Shown: piece by piece, positions 1 to 13,496 of the stretch | How positions within the stretch are numbered: position 1 is the first letter of the stretch | How the letters are laid out: each line of letters begins with the position of its first letter | Source of the DNA: Camelus ferus | Lineage: Eukaryota | NCBI RefSeq assembly: GCF_009834535.1 | Contig: NC_045696.1 | Coordinates: forward strand, 41,170,001-41,234,000 | Direction: 5' to 3' | Length of the DNA stretch: 64,000 bases | Position numbers and translations under genes: made by a program | The notes under the pieces: model-generated | Told to the model about the DNA's origin: nothing | Seen by the model: only the letters and a program-made list of their open reading frames with translations | Database searches by the model: none

Positions 1-290
1 TGTCTTCATACAGGCAGACCGTTTTGTGTTGAGGAATATACTAGGGATTATACAGAAACTTCTAAAACGAAGAACAGGGCCATAAATATGCCAACGGAGG
101 CCAAATGAATCCTGTACGACAGACACATGACATCTCTAACCCTTCATTATAGTGTAGAGCAGTTGGGTGGGGTTCCATGAGAAAGTTATTTTTTCCTCTC
201 AAATATGTTCTCTGTCTCTTTGTGTCCATCCACCTTTCTTGAAAATAAAACACTAAATCTTGGAGAAGATTAGCAATTGTTTGTTCTCCC

Positions 291-310
291 ACATACACAC
301 ACACACACAC
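291..310. repeat. (AC)n microsatellite
   Basis: acatacacacacacacacac. Confidence 0.8.
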
Positions 311-849
311 AACTCGGAGAGATTCAAATGTTACACATGCATCACCTGTATTACTTCAGTTAAATATAGGTAACCTATTACAATGTGTATTGAAAAAAAT
401 ATATGAAAGTTGCTGAAAAGCTAAGTAAGGAAATCAGGAAGAAGAGAAAATAATCGTAGGAGCAAAAAGTAAGAAGCGAGAGATGAAATTAGTACCCAAG
501 GAACATTCATAGTGGTCTTGAATTTTTGCTAAGAATGGGCCACAGATTAGACCATAAGCTTCCTAACACCCAACGTATGATGGGTCACATATGATCACCT
601 GTGATCACACAGGTCACATATCTCTTAACAATTCAACAAACAATACATTTCTTGGGAAAAACACAATGATTTCAATACTATTTGAAATTGGTTATTGATA
701 CATTTTCTTTTTCTTTTTAAATTTCTTATGTATATGTAATTTATTGAAGTATAGTCAGTGTGCAATGTTGGATTTTTTAAAATATTGAAGTGGTTTTCCT
801 TCATTTTGGTTATTAGAGTTAATTTTCTGTTTTGTTTGTTTGCTTTATT

Positions 850-1460
850 TTTTTATTTTTAAAATGAACTTTATTGACATATAATTTACATGCAATAAAA
901 TACACCCATTTTAAGTGTACAATTAGATGAGTTTTAACAAATGTGTCCACCTGTGAAACCACCACCTTAAACAAGATTAAGAATATTTCCTTCACCCTGT
1001 GATGCATCCCTCCCCAGTTAAACCTTTCACCCATCCCAGCTCCAGGCAACCACTGATCTGCTTTCTACTACCATGGATTAGTTTTGTCTGTTCTAGAATG
1101 CCGTATGGATGGAATCACACCCTCTTTTGAGTCTGGCTTCTTTCACCATAGTGTTTTTGATACTCATCCATGTTGTGTATTTCAGTTTCTTTTTATTGCT
1201 GAGTAGAATTCAGTTGTTTGGATAGACCACGTTTTGTTTATATATTCACCAGTTGAGAGACATGTGGTCATTTCCAGGTTTTGAAAACTATGAATAATAC
1301 TGATATAAACATTCTCCTAAACTCTGTGTGTGGACATGTTTTCTCTTGAAGTATCGAGTAGTAGAATTGCTGAGTCGTAGCATAAGTGTATATTTAACTA
1401 TATAGGAAACTGCCAGACAGTTTTCCAAAGTAGTTTTACCATTTAGCAGTAGCAATATAT
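850..1460 (-). mobile_element. Old L1 (L1M-type) 3' end fragment
   Basis: T-rich tail followed by 'ataatttacatgcaataaaatacacccattttaagtgtaca' and other typical L1M 3'UTR motifs in reverse orientation. Confidence 0.7.
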
Positions 1461-2309
1461 GGGGGTTAGTATTTAAAGTCCTGAATTGTTTCAAAAAGTA
1501 GAAATAGGTCATAAATCCTTTTTGCAAGCCATTGACTGTGTTTCCGAAAAATCCCATTGCTTGATATGTTAGCCCTTTATTTTAACAAAGAAGGAGAAGA
1601 AAAGCAATGCAGAGTGGTGTGATCTAATACTGTCATCTCTTAAAAGCTGTATTTCCCAGGGAACTATAGTCCAATTCTTATCTTCTTCCAGTGGAGTTTT
1701 GTTACACGTGGAAGTATGGCATTGATAATGTGCTGAACTTTGATATAAGCTGCTATGAAACCCAATATAACAATTGAGACCTTCTGGACCTTTGTAATAA
1801 CAAAAAAGAAGATTGATTTTTCTGCCATAGTACTTACCAAGCAATAGCAGACTGGGGAAGCATTCTGGACTGGGAGTTGTGGTCCCAGCTACAAGTTATG
1901 TCACGCAAAGCAAGACATTTGCCTCTCTAAGCATATGTCTACACTGTATCTTTGTAATGGGCAGCACTAGGTGAATTCTAAATTCTGTAGCAGCTCTAAA
2001 ATTTTGTGACTCTAAATGAAGGCTGAAATTATTTTGAAATCAACTTAAAATATTTTTTCCATCTACGCATTACATGAGTATATTTTCCTTAAAAAAAGAA
2101 AATAAACTAGAGCATACCAGACAAAGTCTCAGCCCCCTTCTCTCCTCTGCCTTCCCCTTCTCCCCACAGTTAACAACTGAAATAAGTTTGCTGTGTATCC
2201 TTTCAGATTTTAAGAAATACATATACACGAAATTGTATACCCATTGAAAGTCATAGTCTAGTGTGTGTGCTTTTTTTCTCTTGTTTTACACAAATGCTAT
2301 AAGGATCTG

Positions 2310-2810
2310 ATTTGGTGGTCCCAAGAACACCCCCAGGTTCAGTGACTCACTAGGAGCACTCATAAGATTCAATGTAAAGTTGTATTCATGGCTCTGGCAT
2401 ATTACAGAAAAATAATATAAAGCACAATTAACAAAGGAAAAAGTCACATGGGGTGAAAGGCTAGGGGAAGCCAAGTGCAAGCTTCCAAAAGTTCTCTTTC
2501 AGTGTGGTCCTGCAAGATGTGCTTAATTCCTCTAGCAATGAAATGCTGTCTGCCAGGGAAATTCATTAGAGACTCAGTGCCCAGGTTTTTATTCAGGGCA
2601 GATCACAAAGGCACACTCTGTCTGGCAGGTACCAACATTCCAGACTCCCAGAAAGTAAGCAGGTGTTCAGCATAAACCATGTGTTTGTACAGTTTAGGCA
2701 CAGTGCACCCTTCTTACCAAAGAATAGTGGGAATGCTCCAAGTTCACATCTTGCAAGCAGGTCTTTCTAAGAATAGCAGTCTCAGGCTGCTATGTTAACT
2801 CTCTTCTGCA
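2310..2810. mobile_element. LTR relic, MER21-like, nested in old L1 fragments
   Basis: 'ggtcccaagaacacccccaggttcagtgactcactaggagcactca...' resembles the MER21 family as I recall it; the flanks look like L1ME. Confidence 0.55.
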
Positions 2811-5525
2811 TGGTAACATGACTTAAACTTGCTTTTTTCACTCAATAAAGTGTTTTTGAGATCTAACTGTATTATGTGCACATTTCCTTTCATTGCTCTA
2901 TAGTCTTTTACTTGAAAAAAACGCGCTGATGGGTATCTGTGTTCTCATGTGCAAGTTTTTTCTCTGGCACCCTAAAAGTGGGATTGCTGGGTCCTACAGG
3001 TTTGGGTATATTAGCTGCTGATAACTATTACGTACTACCCTTTAAATAGTTTGTTTCAATTATGCCTCCACATCAAAGTATGAATGTCTCTTTTGCTATA
3101 CCCTTTCCTATAAAGTGTTATAAAATTTTATCCAATATGTGAAGCATGTCATCTCATTGTGGTTTTATTTTGCTTTTTTATTATGAGTAAGTTTTTCTTC
3201 ATTGAAATTGTGTTTTGAAAACACCCTGTTTAATTATGCATTTATATGGAGGGACTAAAAACAAGATCATTGGCATAAATGTTAGATTAGAGATGCAACC
3301 ACCTCCAAGTACACAGAGTTTGGTTTGACAGGTATGACTTCTAGAGTCTGACATCTAGGTTTCTGAAAAGAGCTGAAAAAAAGCTACTCTTAATCAAATG
3401 GAATTTGCTGAGATCTCCTCGTACATCTGGGGCACTTAGTCTTTCAATCTAAACTCTGACAGAGTCCACTGAGGTCACTCAGCACTGTCTGCAGGAGACA
3501 TGAGTGAAGAAAAGTAATAAATTTCAGATTACTCAGAGATAAAATCCTCTACTGCTAGGAACTCACCAGTGATGGCTGCTCCTTGTTTCTGGAAGATTGC
3601 TCTATAAAATGGTGAGGAAATTAATTTTCTTTCTTTCATTTAATAAATATGTATTGAATATGTAGAGGGGCCGGACTCTAGGAATACAAAATCTAGGAAG
3701 AACTGCCTTCAAGGAGCAGTTTCGCTGAAGAGAGGTGGACGTAGAGCCCCATGGTAATGCAGAAACATTTTAGACTATCCACGGATGTGCAGCCGGCAGG
3801 TCAGACTGAAGGATTTCGCTTAGCTGGTGCTAAGAATTACTCACTCAGAGGTATACAGTGAGAATAACATTCTTTTCTCCTTTGTTATTTCTGCATTGGG
3901 TAGCAGCTTCCTTTGTTTACACAAACAGATCTTTCTGTTTGGCCAATATTAGGGAATCTCAGCTGACCAGCTGGTCCCTATTTGGTCCTCATGAGTTTCC
4001 CCTTCTGTCTGGTGTTCTCCTATTTAGCTGACTACTGCCAAAACAGTTGATTCTTAGGGAGGGACATAACTTCTATGAAATTCTCACCCAAGGAGGAACT
4101 TACCATTTCTTTGGTTTCACCGAGGGTAGCTGAGATGATTGAAATTATCAAAATCATTTGTACTAATTACTAAAGGAGAACATTATGAAACAGAGGTTTC
4201 ATCCAACTTGTTTCCAAGGCTCATGGTCTTTGTCCCACTTCCCATCCAGTTGAAGAACCTCCCTTTTTCATTCTTAGGATTTCCCCCCTTCTATTTGATG
4301 AGTTCTAGCCACACAGACTTCAGGGAGAAAGAGCAGGTGGTAGGTAAGTGAGTTGACTGCCTCTCTCAAAACCATAATACAACTGTAACCCTTCTTCAGA
4401 TGTCTCTGAAACTTGGACAGTAACCTTCAAATGCAGAATCCTCATTTCTCCCCTTGCTACAGGTGAAGCCAAAGTATTTCCTTACACTACTTCTCCTTTC
4501 TTCCCACATTTCAACTGTCACATTTCTGATTCAGGGTTATTCTTGATATTTGTTTCAAACCAAATTTACCTGGACATAGGACAGAGGGCCAGGTAATCAT
4601 GAAGTTCAATTTACTCTGGTTCAGTACCTTTGTAAGCTCCACACACAAAACAGAGGGTAAGGTATTTTTTGATTAATAGCACTTTAAAGGTGTGCTTATA
4701 GAATTCCTAGAACAGTCTTCTTAATGGTTTGATTGATGCTTATCCCAATAAATGTGATCATAAGTGCTTAGTAAATGACAGTTATATGACAGCCTTTCTG
4801 GTTTCTCTGATGAAAGGCAGCAGTAACTAAAATCAGTGTCTACACATACAGAGGGAGAAATCATGTTCTTGATAAGGGTGGTAAGTGGTTCAGTTCAGGT
4901 TATTGCTTTGTGGCCCATTATCACCTGTGTTTATTGGGAGCCTGAGTACAGAAACCTGTATCAGCAACTGTGGGAACATTACACAAACAGCAATAACTAT
5001 TTCATTGACTCAACAACTACTCATTGCATGCCTACTAGTCACATAGGGCAATAAATGCCAGATGCTGGCAGGGATAGGGAGAACATATAATCACTGCTCT
5101 CAAGTTGGGTGGGGTTGGGGTGGTAGTAATAGGATTATAAGTGAGGATACAGAACAATCACATAAGATTTCATAAAGAACTAATTGTCAAATATTTGGTA
5201 CAAAAAGTCAGGGTTATAATGTAGTCTTTAGTGTCTTCAATAAGACCACAAAAAGATAGCATTTACACTGCCCCCCCCAATCTTAATGATATGGAGGGTT
5301 GGCATTATCTTATACAGCTAAATATTTGCATAATCTACCATTCAGCAATCCATGTATTGGCATATAACTAAGATACTATCATACAAGAGACATACACAAG
5401 AATGTTCATAGAGGCACACAGCAGAAACTTTTGGGAACAACCTAAATACACTTTGATAGGAGAATAGATAAAAATTTGTGGCATACTTCCTCAAAGGAAC
5501 TATTCCTCCAAGAAAACAAATGAAC

Positions 5526-6500
5526 TTTTAGTTTTATTTATTTTTTGAAGTATAGTCAGTTTACAATATGTCAATTTCTGGTGTACAGCATGTTTCAGTC
5601 AGTTTTCATTCTTTTTCACTATAGGCTACTACAAGATACTGAATACAGTTCCCTGTGCTATACAGTATAAACTTATTTTATATATAGTAGTTAGTATCTG
5701 CAAATCTCAAACTCCCAATTTATCCCTTCCTACTCCCTCTCCCCCTTGGTAACCATAAGTTTGTTCTCTATGTCTGTGTGTCTGTTTCTATTTTGTAAAT
5801 AAGTCCATTTGTGTCTTTTTTTTTTAATTCCACATATGAGTGATACGGTATTTTCCTTTCTATTTCTGGCTTACTTCACTTAGAATGACAATCTCTGTGT
5901 CCATCCATGTTGCTGCAAATGGCATTATTTTATTTTTTATAGCTGAGTAGTAGTCCATTGTATAAATATACCACAATTTCTTTATCTAGTCATCTGTTGA
6001 TGGACATTCAGGTTGTTCTCATGTCTTGGATATTGTATATAGTGCTACTATGAACATTGGGGTGCATGTATCTTTTTGAATTGAGAGTTCCCTCCGGATA
6101 TATGCCTAGGAATGGGATTGCTGGATCATAGGGTAAGTCTATTTTTAGTTTTTAAAGGGATCTCCATCCTGTTTTCCATAATGGCTGCACCAAATTACAT
6201 TCCCACCAGCAGTGTAGGAGGGTTCCCTTTTCTCCACATTCTCTCCAGCATTTATCATTTGTGGACATTTTAATGATGGCCATCCTGAATGGTGTGAGCT
6301 GATACCTCATTGTAGTTTTGATTTGCATTTCTCTGATAATTAATGATTTGAGCATTTTTTCATGTGCCTATTGGCCATTTGTATGTCTTCATTGGAGAAT
6401 TGCTTGTTTAGGTCTTCTGCCCATTTTTGAATTGGGTTGTTTTTGTTGTTGTTGTTGTTGTTGTTGTTGTTATGTTGTATGAGCTGTTTGTATATATGGG
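5526..6500 (-). mobile_element. Relatively young 5'-truncated L1 (ORF2 C-terminus plus 3'UTR)
   Basis: ORF 6152..6355 ([19 protein letters not shown]...[18 protein letters not shown]) is the Cys-rich end of L1 ORF2; poly-T tail at about 5530; internal (TTG)n at about 6436-6471. Confidence 0.92.
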
Positions 6501-8349
6501 AGAGGAGCACATAGGGAATTATAGTTTATTGGTAATGTTCTAATCTTTGGGTTGGGTGTTGATTTCCGACTGTTCATTATGCTCTTAAATCAATTTTTAA
6601 AATGTAATCATTATATGTGATCAGGAACAGGAAAGGTCACTGAAGTTTTTGTGGATAATTTAGTATTAGACTGAAACAAGAAAATGGGCAGGATATGATT
6701 TGGTTATAAAGGTATTTATAACCTAAAGGAGGCAGTTTGACAAACTGAGATGATAATTTCATGTTCTCATATGACATATAAATAAACTCAAATATCCTTG
6801 ATTTCATGCCCAATCATGGTATTGTAAGCCTACATCCAGCTGGATAGCAAGAGGCAAAATCTTCTATAAAGTTTTTCATTGAAAATTTTAAAATGTATAT
6901 TTCTGGAGAATCCTAGGGGAATATTTTAATTGTTGTAAAGATGTCCTTGTCCCATGTCACCTGAGCCTCTGATCTGGCTTCCAAATGATGTTCTACTCTC
7001 ACTTCTTGCCTTAGGCAGCTCTTGCTTCTGCTCTGACCTGAGAAATAATCACTCCCCCATCTTTCAATTTCCCCAGTGGTAGGTGGGAACAGGTTTTAAC
7101 ATTAAACAAGATTTCACTGATTTTTGAGGATGAAGCATGAGGGAATTACAACATAAAGATCCCTAAGCTGCTTTCAGAGTCCACAGGCCCTAGCCCCTCT
7201 GGAAGACCATCCTATGAGTCCCTCTCTTCCCAGCTTCCAGCTGGCCCCAGTGTAACAGGGATCAGTTTATTTTTCCTTAATGGCAAGACTCCTGGGTGAG
7301 TGCCCCTTTCCTGGGAGCCTAGAGAGAGGAAATTCCCCCCTCCCCCATTCCACACTAAGCTTCTCCTTACTTCCTGCCCCAGGGTCTGACCTCCCTTTAG
7401 GAAGACTGGCAGTCGTATTATTTACTTCTTTCAGGAATATTTTACCTGTGTCCGTATTTGTGTGGTTTTATTCAGTCTCAAACCTTTTCAAAGACATCAG
7501 AATATTATTATTGGACTGCAGTTCATTTCTCCAAATCTGGATGACTCAATTCTAAATAACAAGCAATGAAGAACAGTCTTTGGAGAAAATGTGGAACTTT
7601 TTTCATTCTTTCTGCAGTCTTCTGCTCCCCAATCCCTGCAAGCAACTGCTCAAAGAGCAATACATACATACAGCGTTGGAAAATACATTTCAGAGGCAAG
7701 AGCATTCTAAACTCACATATTTCACTCTCAATTTTTCAGACTTATAACTGCAAAAAGATCACACTCTTTACAGTACTAAAAGAACATACATTCTCATCTG
7801 AATTCACTTTACCTTTCTGGTGAACAATTGGGGACCAGGTAAGTTCAAATTGCTTTTTGCTTGGCCTCCGTTTTAGAAGGCAGAAGTTCCTTGCAGCTTT
7901 TGAAATAACACTACCCATCCCCCATCCCCCACCAATTTAGGCTTCAGTCTGAGCCAGGGAACTTCTTACATAAACACCTATATTCAAAAGAAATGTTTTC
8001 GGTGAGAGAAAGGAAGAGTGCGTAAGGTACGCTCCAAAGTCTCATTTCCAAAAAGGCTTGTGGAATCTTTAATCGGCATTAATTTCCCAGCCTTTACCCT
8101 TTACCCACATACATTTGTCCTGTCTCGGAAACGCAGTTGGGAACTCCTTGCTCACAAACTGATTCATTCCATTTCCCAGTACATAGCTTGGCAGAACGTA
8201 GGCGCCCAGTAATGAATGAATGAGTTTGCATAAAGAAGGCGGGAAAAGGGTTAGTTTTTTTGAGAGATGACTAGGAGATCTACAGTGGCCACAAAGCAAC
8301 AAAAAACACCCAAACTTGGACAAACGCCCACAATTAAGCGGCTCTCAGA

Positions 8350-9250
8350 GTCCAGAACAGCAAATTACGCCCCGCCCACGGGGGACAGACGGGAAACGAG
8401 CGTTCGGGAAAACCGGAAGTGCCTGGTCACGCCCCGCGCATGCGTGCGTCCGTGGGGCTCGCACTTCCTACACTGTCATCCAGTGAGAAAGCAGGCATAC
8501 AAGCCCCTGCAGGCCCTGGCGTCAGCCCTCCCGCTCTCCCCGCCGCTGCGCATGCGTTTTGGGTTGGCCTGCTTGCTGTGAGGCGGAGCGAAAGGACAGA
8601 TTTTCTTCTTGTTCCCGCCCCTCTTCTTTCCCCACCTGCCACGTACTGGGCCCGAGCTCTCGCTAGGCTTGGTGGGTCCGTGCGATTGGCCGGGGCCCGC
8701 GCGAGCCTGCCAGCGAGGTGCGGCGGCCCCGGAGGGCAGTCGAGTGGGCCGGGACCGCAGCCTGCCCCCAACGCCCCAGAGCCCAGCGGCGGCGGCCTCG
8801 CGCAGGGGCGGCAGTGGCAGTCTCAGCAAACCGGTATGGCCGCTGGAGATGGGGGCGCGGCCGAACTCTCGGGCAAGGCGGGCCGGGAGACGTGGAAATG
8901 CTGGCAGGGCCTGGTTTCTAGCCGGCTCGCGCCGGGCGGGTGGGGGTCCCAGGGGCCGTGGGAAGGGGCTGGAGGCCAGGAGGAGGAAGGCCGGGCGGGG
9001 CCTCGCGTGGGGGAGGGGAGGCCAAGGATGGGGAGGGGAAGGAGTGGCCTGCTGGCCACCGTGGCAGCGTAGCTGGCCTGGGGTGGTGGGGGGTGCTCTA
9101 GGGGGTGTTTGGGCCAGCAGGTGCGCTTGCGCCGATTCGGCCTGTCTCCAAGGGGTCGGACTGCCCGAAGGAGGGGAGAGGGACTTTCAAAGGCCTGGGG
9201 TGGTGGAGCGCCTAACTCTCAGAGGGGCTTGGGAGGGTGAGAAGGGTGGA
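8350..9250. promoter_or_regulatory. TFG: CpG island / TFG promoter and non-coding first exon region
   Basis: Abrupt GC- and CpG-rich block in an AT-rich background, about 4.5 kb upstream of the TFG ATG exon. Contains ETS/GABP CCGGAAGT (8413-8420), NRF1-type GCGCATGCG (8436-8444 and 8548-8556), an inverted CCAAT (8685-8689) and GC boxes. Confidence 0.9.
8420..8717 (+). other. TFG: Probable non-coding exon 1 of TFG (start approximate; donor GAG|gtgcgg at 8717; possible alternative donor CCG|gtatgg at 8833)
   Basis: Splice-donor-like sequences inside the CpG island. The ATG exon has an acceptor at 13248, so an upstream non-coding exon is required. The TSS cannot be determined from sequence. Confidence 0.55.
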
Positions 9251-9389
9251 GAATGGCGCATATGGGAATAAGTCGTTTCGGGTCATTTAGGAGAAGCCTT
9301 GTTCCTTGGCTGTGTCAGTGCCTAACCAGACGTCGTCTGGAAGCCCAACCTGATTTGATAGTGGTGATGACAACTAACTTTTAAGAGTT

Positions 9390-9560
9390 TTCTTTGCCAG
9401 CCGTCTCAAATGAGATAAGTGGTCTCGTTTAATCATCACAAGGATCCTTCAAATTTAGATATTCCCATTTTGCATATAATGAAAGTGAAGCTTGGAGAAG
9501 TATTTGCCTAAGGTCACAGCTGGTGGTGAGAATGTTTACCATCTTGCTACACTGCCTCTG
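9390..9560 (-). mobile_element. MIR SINE relic
   Basis: 'cccattttgcatataatgaaagtgaagcttggagaagtatttgcctaaggtcacagct' is a MIR core in reverse. Confidence 0.6.
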
Positions 9561-12149
9561 GTCAGACAGGATTTGAGGCTCCTTGCATTCTTTGAAATAC
9601 TCAAGGGTTGATTTTGCTTAGGATTTCTTAAAGGAAATTCCTACTTCCTGGAGGTTCCTAAGCAGGCCTCTCTGAATTTGGGCAGGGCCCTAACCGCAGG
9701 GTTAGTGGGGCTGGAGGTTTGGCCACTGAACCTAGATCCTGGTCAAGAGGCAGGCTTTTTGTGGCCTTGTCATAAAACGAGGCCACGTGTTTTGTGGCCA
9801 CGTCACTTTATTCTCTGATTCTGAGAACAGTGTTCCTGTTGGAAGGTTTCATAAGTTAGTGGCTGTGGCATTTCTGGACTTCAGAGGGCATGAGGCAAGG
9901 ACAAGATGGAAGAAGAAAAAGAGTTCATGCCAGTTTCTGCCTTGTGACTGAAGTAGAGAAAAAGAGGACCTGGATTCTACTGTTACATAAAAAAATGTGG
10001 GGATGGGATATTCCCTGGAAGGGAAAATTTTGTGGTACCCTTATTTTTGTGAAACTTGTGTACGTGCCTTGCGGAGATGAGTGCACCAACTGGGGTCAAC
10101 CTCAGGGAAGAAGCCCTGGTTCCTGGCTGCAGGGAGTTTACAGTCTATGGGAAACACCAACCAATACGTGAATTTGCAGGGAAACGTGACAGATACAAAG
10201 TAAAAGAGACTCGTGTTTCCAGATCTATTGGAACTAAGCGACAATCCCCTCACAATCAAAAAGATATACTATCAATTACATTCAGTGTTGGAAATTTGTC
10301 TTAATTAGGAGTATGTCGGTTGTAGGAGTCAACTTCTAGCCACGTAGAGAAGTTACAGTGTGAAGTTTTGACTGAGGAACTGACCTGATAGTTCAGCTTT
10401 CTTCTCTCAGCTTTCTTCTCTCAATCCCTTTATCAGAACTTTATTTGGCATTCATTTTTTGGTTAGGGAACAGAAACAAGCTTTTAAATACTTACTATAT
10501 AGCCGGCACTATTAAATGCTTCTAAGAATAGGTAGCACTGTCCTGCTGAAGCTAATCCCCAGGCCTTAGCTATATTACTGCTGGTTTACACATCTGGTAG
10601 GTAAGAGAAGGTAACTTGATTTGTTGAAGTTCTTCATTCCTCTCAGGCTGCAAGGCAAGCAAGGTGGAATCTTTACCATCTTGCTGAATTATTATACTTC
10701 AGAGCTTGGCACATAGGTTTTCAGCAAGGGTTTCCCAAATGAAGAGGCACTGTTTAGCTGAAAGGTGAAGGAGTTGTATGGAGGTTTCAGTTAATCAGGG
10801 TCTTCTTGAGGAGTCCATTGTCAGGTAAAAAAAACTAAGTGTATTCTTATTTTATGTTGAGACCAGCTCAGCATCCAGATGGTGGAACACAATCCACTGT
10901 TCTGAATTGACCTCAGAGTGTGAGATTCATTGTTTAGTGTCCCATTTTAAGATGGGGCATTAAAGATTCATTCATTAATTTGTTCAGAGGATGGCAGGGG
11001 GATCTAGAGACATTCACATAAGGAGGAGTAGTTAATTGGAAGGACATAGGGCACTTACATGAAGAATATTAGGGCATTTATGTGTAATATTCATGAAATG
11101 AATTAGGATTCATGAAAACTTCAAGTATTTAAAGCGTTGATGTGTTGGGGGCCAGGTAGGGTGCTTTCACACACACACATACTCACACACAAAATGTGAA
11201 GAGTTAATGAAAACTAAATACAATGTTAATGAAATAACAAATTTCAGAGGAGGAAACAGAAAGCCACCAGCAGAAAAGCCGGTGTTGAAACCAGACTGTG
11301 GCCAGTACGAGATTGTAGGGTGCTTTAAATAATCTGAGAGCATTTGCTTGGGGCAGGAGGAGGAAAGACTTGATGATAGGGACATGCGCGGTAGTTACAG
11401 ATAATGTACTCAGGAACATCTTGGTCTTGGGAAGAAGAGATAGGCTTTGAGAAGAATAAATATTAACATTAATTAAGCATAAGTGTATGCTCTGTTGTTA
11501 CACTGTAATAGTTAAATTGCTGGAGACCTCAGACATTATTTTGAATTTTAGGATTACAAAGTTATTACAGGAGAATCACACTAAATAACATGAAATAAGA
11601 TTAAAGTAAAACCCAAGAAGGGAAAATTCTGTAGCAAGTTAGTATTTAGTTCTCTCACATTGTCTTTTTTTCATTTTTTCTTTTTTGTTTGTGATAATTT
11701 AGTAAATGATTCAAATCAATGGCAGCACGCTTCCAACTGTGTAACACAAGTGACGCTAATTGACAGTGTGGGGTGGATGGATTCCCAAACTGCAGTAAAA
11801 AGTTAATAAACACTTGACAACTCAGCTTTCATATGTTGTGTCTTATTCTTAAAGTGTGCAGTCTAATCACACACACTCAGGTCTGGGGAGGAGTGCCTTG
11901 TGGAAGATGCAGAAACAGTAGTGGACAGTTTTATTAGAAAGCTCAGGAGGGTATCACTCACTTGTTCTTTGTCCTCAAGTTCCCAAAATAGAAAAATTAG
12001 AGAAAATACTCATGAGGTCTTTCTTACTTTAGCAGGAAAAATTTGAGACTATTTTAGTGTTACACTTGTGCTTTTCTCTCAGGGTTAGCATTTAATATAT
12101 ATAGGCTAATAGGGTTTGGAAGCCAGTATTTATTTCTCCCTTACATTTA

Positions 12150-13020
12150 ACGATTATTGAATGATTAACTATGTGTTAGGCACTGTTCTAGGCTCTGAAA
12201 ATACAGTGAATGAAACCATTTATTTCCCTACTTTCTAGTGGAAAAGACAATAAAAAATTAGTAGGTTTTTCATGTCTAGTAGTGATAAGTGCTTTGCAGA
12301 AAACTGAAGCAGGGTAAAAAAGTGACAGTGACACCATTTTAAGTTAGATGGTCAGGGAAAACCTCTGAGAAATAAACATTTGATCAGTGATCTGAATCAT
12401 GTGAGTGGTGTGGAAAGGGCTTGAGATAAAGGGAGCATGAGTCCTGACAATGGACTCCTCAAGTGCAAAGCATTGAGTTGAGGAGGATGTAAAGTTTGAG
12501 TGTAGCAGGGTAACCAAGGAGAGCAGTGGTAAATGAGGTTAAATACTTGGCCAGGGGCCAGAGGTCAGATCATGACCTTGTTCTAGCTTTTACCAAGAGT
12601 GAGATGGAACTCTATTGGAAGACTCTGAAGTAGTGATACTAGATTTTATTTAACGGGATGACTCTGATATATTAAGAACAGATTAATAGCAGACAAAGGT
12701 AAAAAGCAGACAGACCTGTCAGGTGTCTTTTGCAGTAATCCACTAAAGGTGATGTGGCTTGGATTAAGTTGATAGAGGTGAAGGTACTAAAATAACTGGA
12801 TTCTAGAGATACTTTAATGGTTGTGGCAACTAGATTTGTTGGTAATTTGATGGATTAAGGCCTCAGGAAAAGAGAGGAACTAAGTTTTTTTTAATCTTGA
12901 ACAGCTTGGAAGGAACTGTCACTAACAGAGAAGACTACAGGAGACGCAGATTTTGAGGAGATGATCAGGAGTTTGTTCTAGACATGTGAAATTAGAAATG
13001 TAAATTAGATTAGCAGTTAA
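12150..13020 (-). mobile_element. L2 LINE relic
   Basis: 'actatgtgttaggcactgttctaggctctgaaaatacagtg' followed by a purine-rich L2-like body. Confidence 0.7.
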
Positions 13021-13256
13021 ATGTGTAGGTAAAATAATAATATGCATAAAATAATGAAATTTACTTTCTTATGCACATAATAAAGTTACCTCCAGACCAT
13101 TTTAACATGAATATGTTAACACTAGAAGAGTGGATCTCCTTTGAAGGCCAGAATTTCTTAGATTCTAACAGTACCTTTGCTTTACAACTTTTAAAATATG
13201 TTTTATGGCTATTTAATCATCAAAACCATTTTATCAGTCTTTCTCTAGAGTTATAA

Positions 13257-13496
<240 letters not shown>

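Noticed and set aside
1..8300. Possible ADGRG7/GPR128 exons upstream of TFG, and isolated donor-like sites near 4343 and 7838
   Set aside because: No GPCR-like coding exon was recognised, and lone GTAAGT motifs lack convincing partners.
8267..9271. Long overlapping ORFs (104-220 aa) on both strands
   Set aside because: These arise from stop-codon scarcity in the GC-rich island; the peptides are G/A/P/R-rich with no recognisable domain.
10393..10422. 14-bp tandem duplication tcagctttcttctc
   Set aside because: Ordinary slippage duplication with no sign of function.
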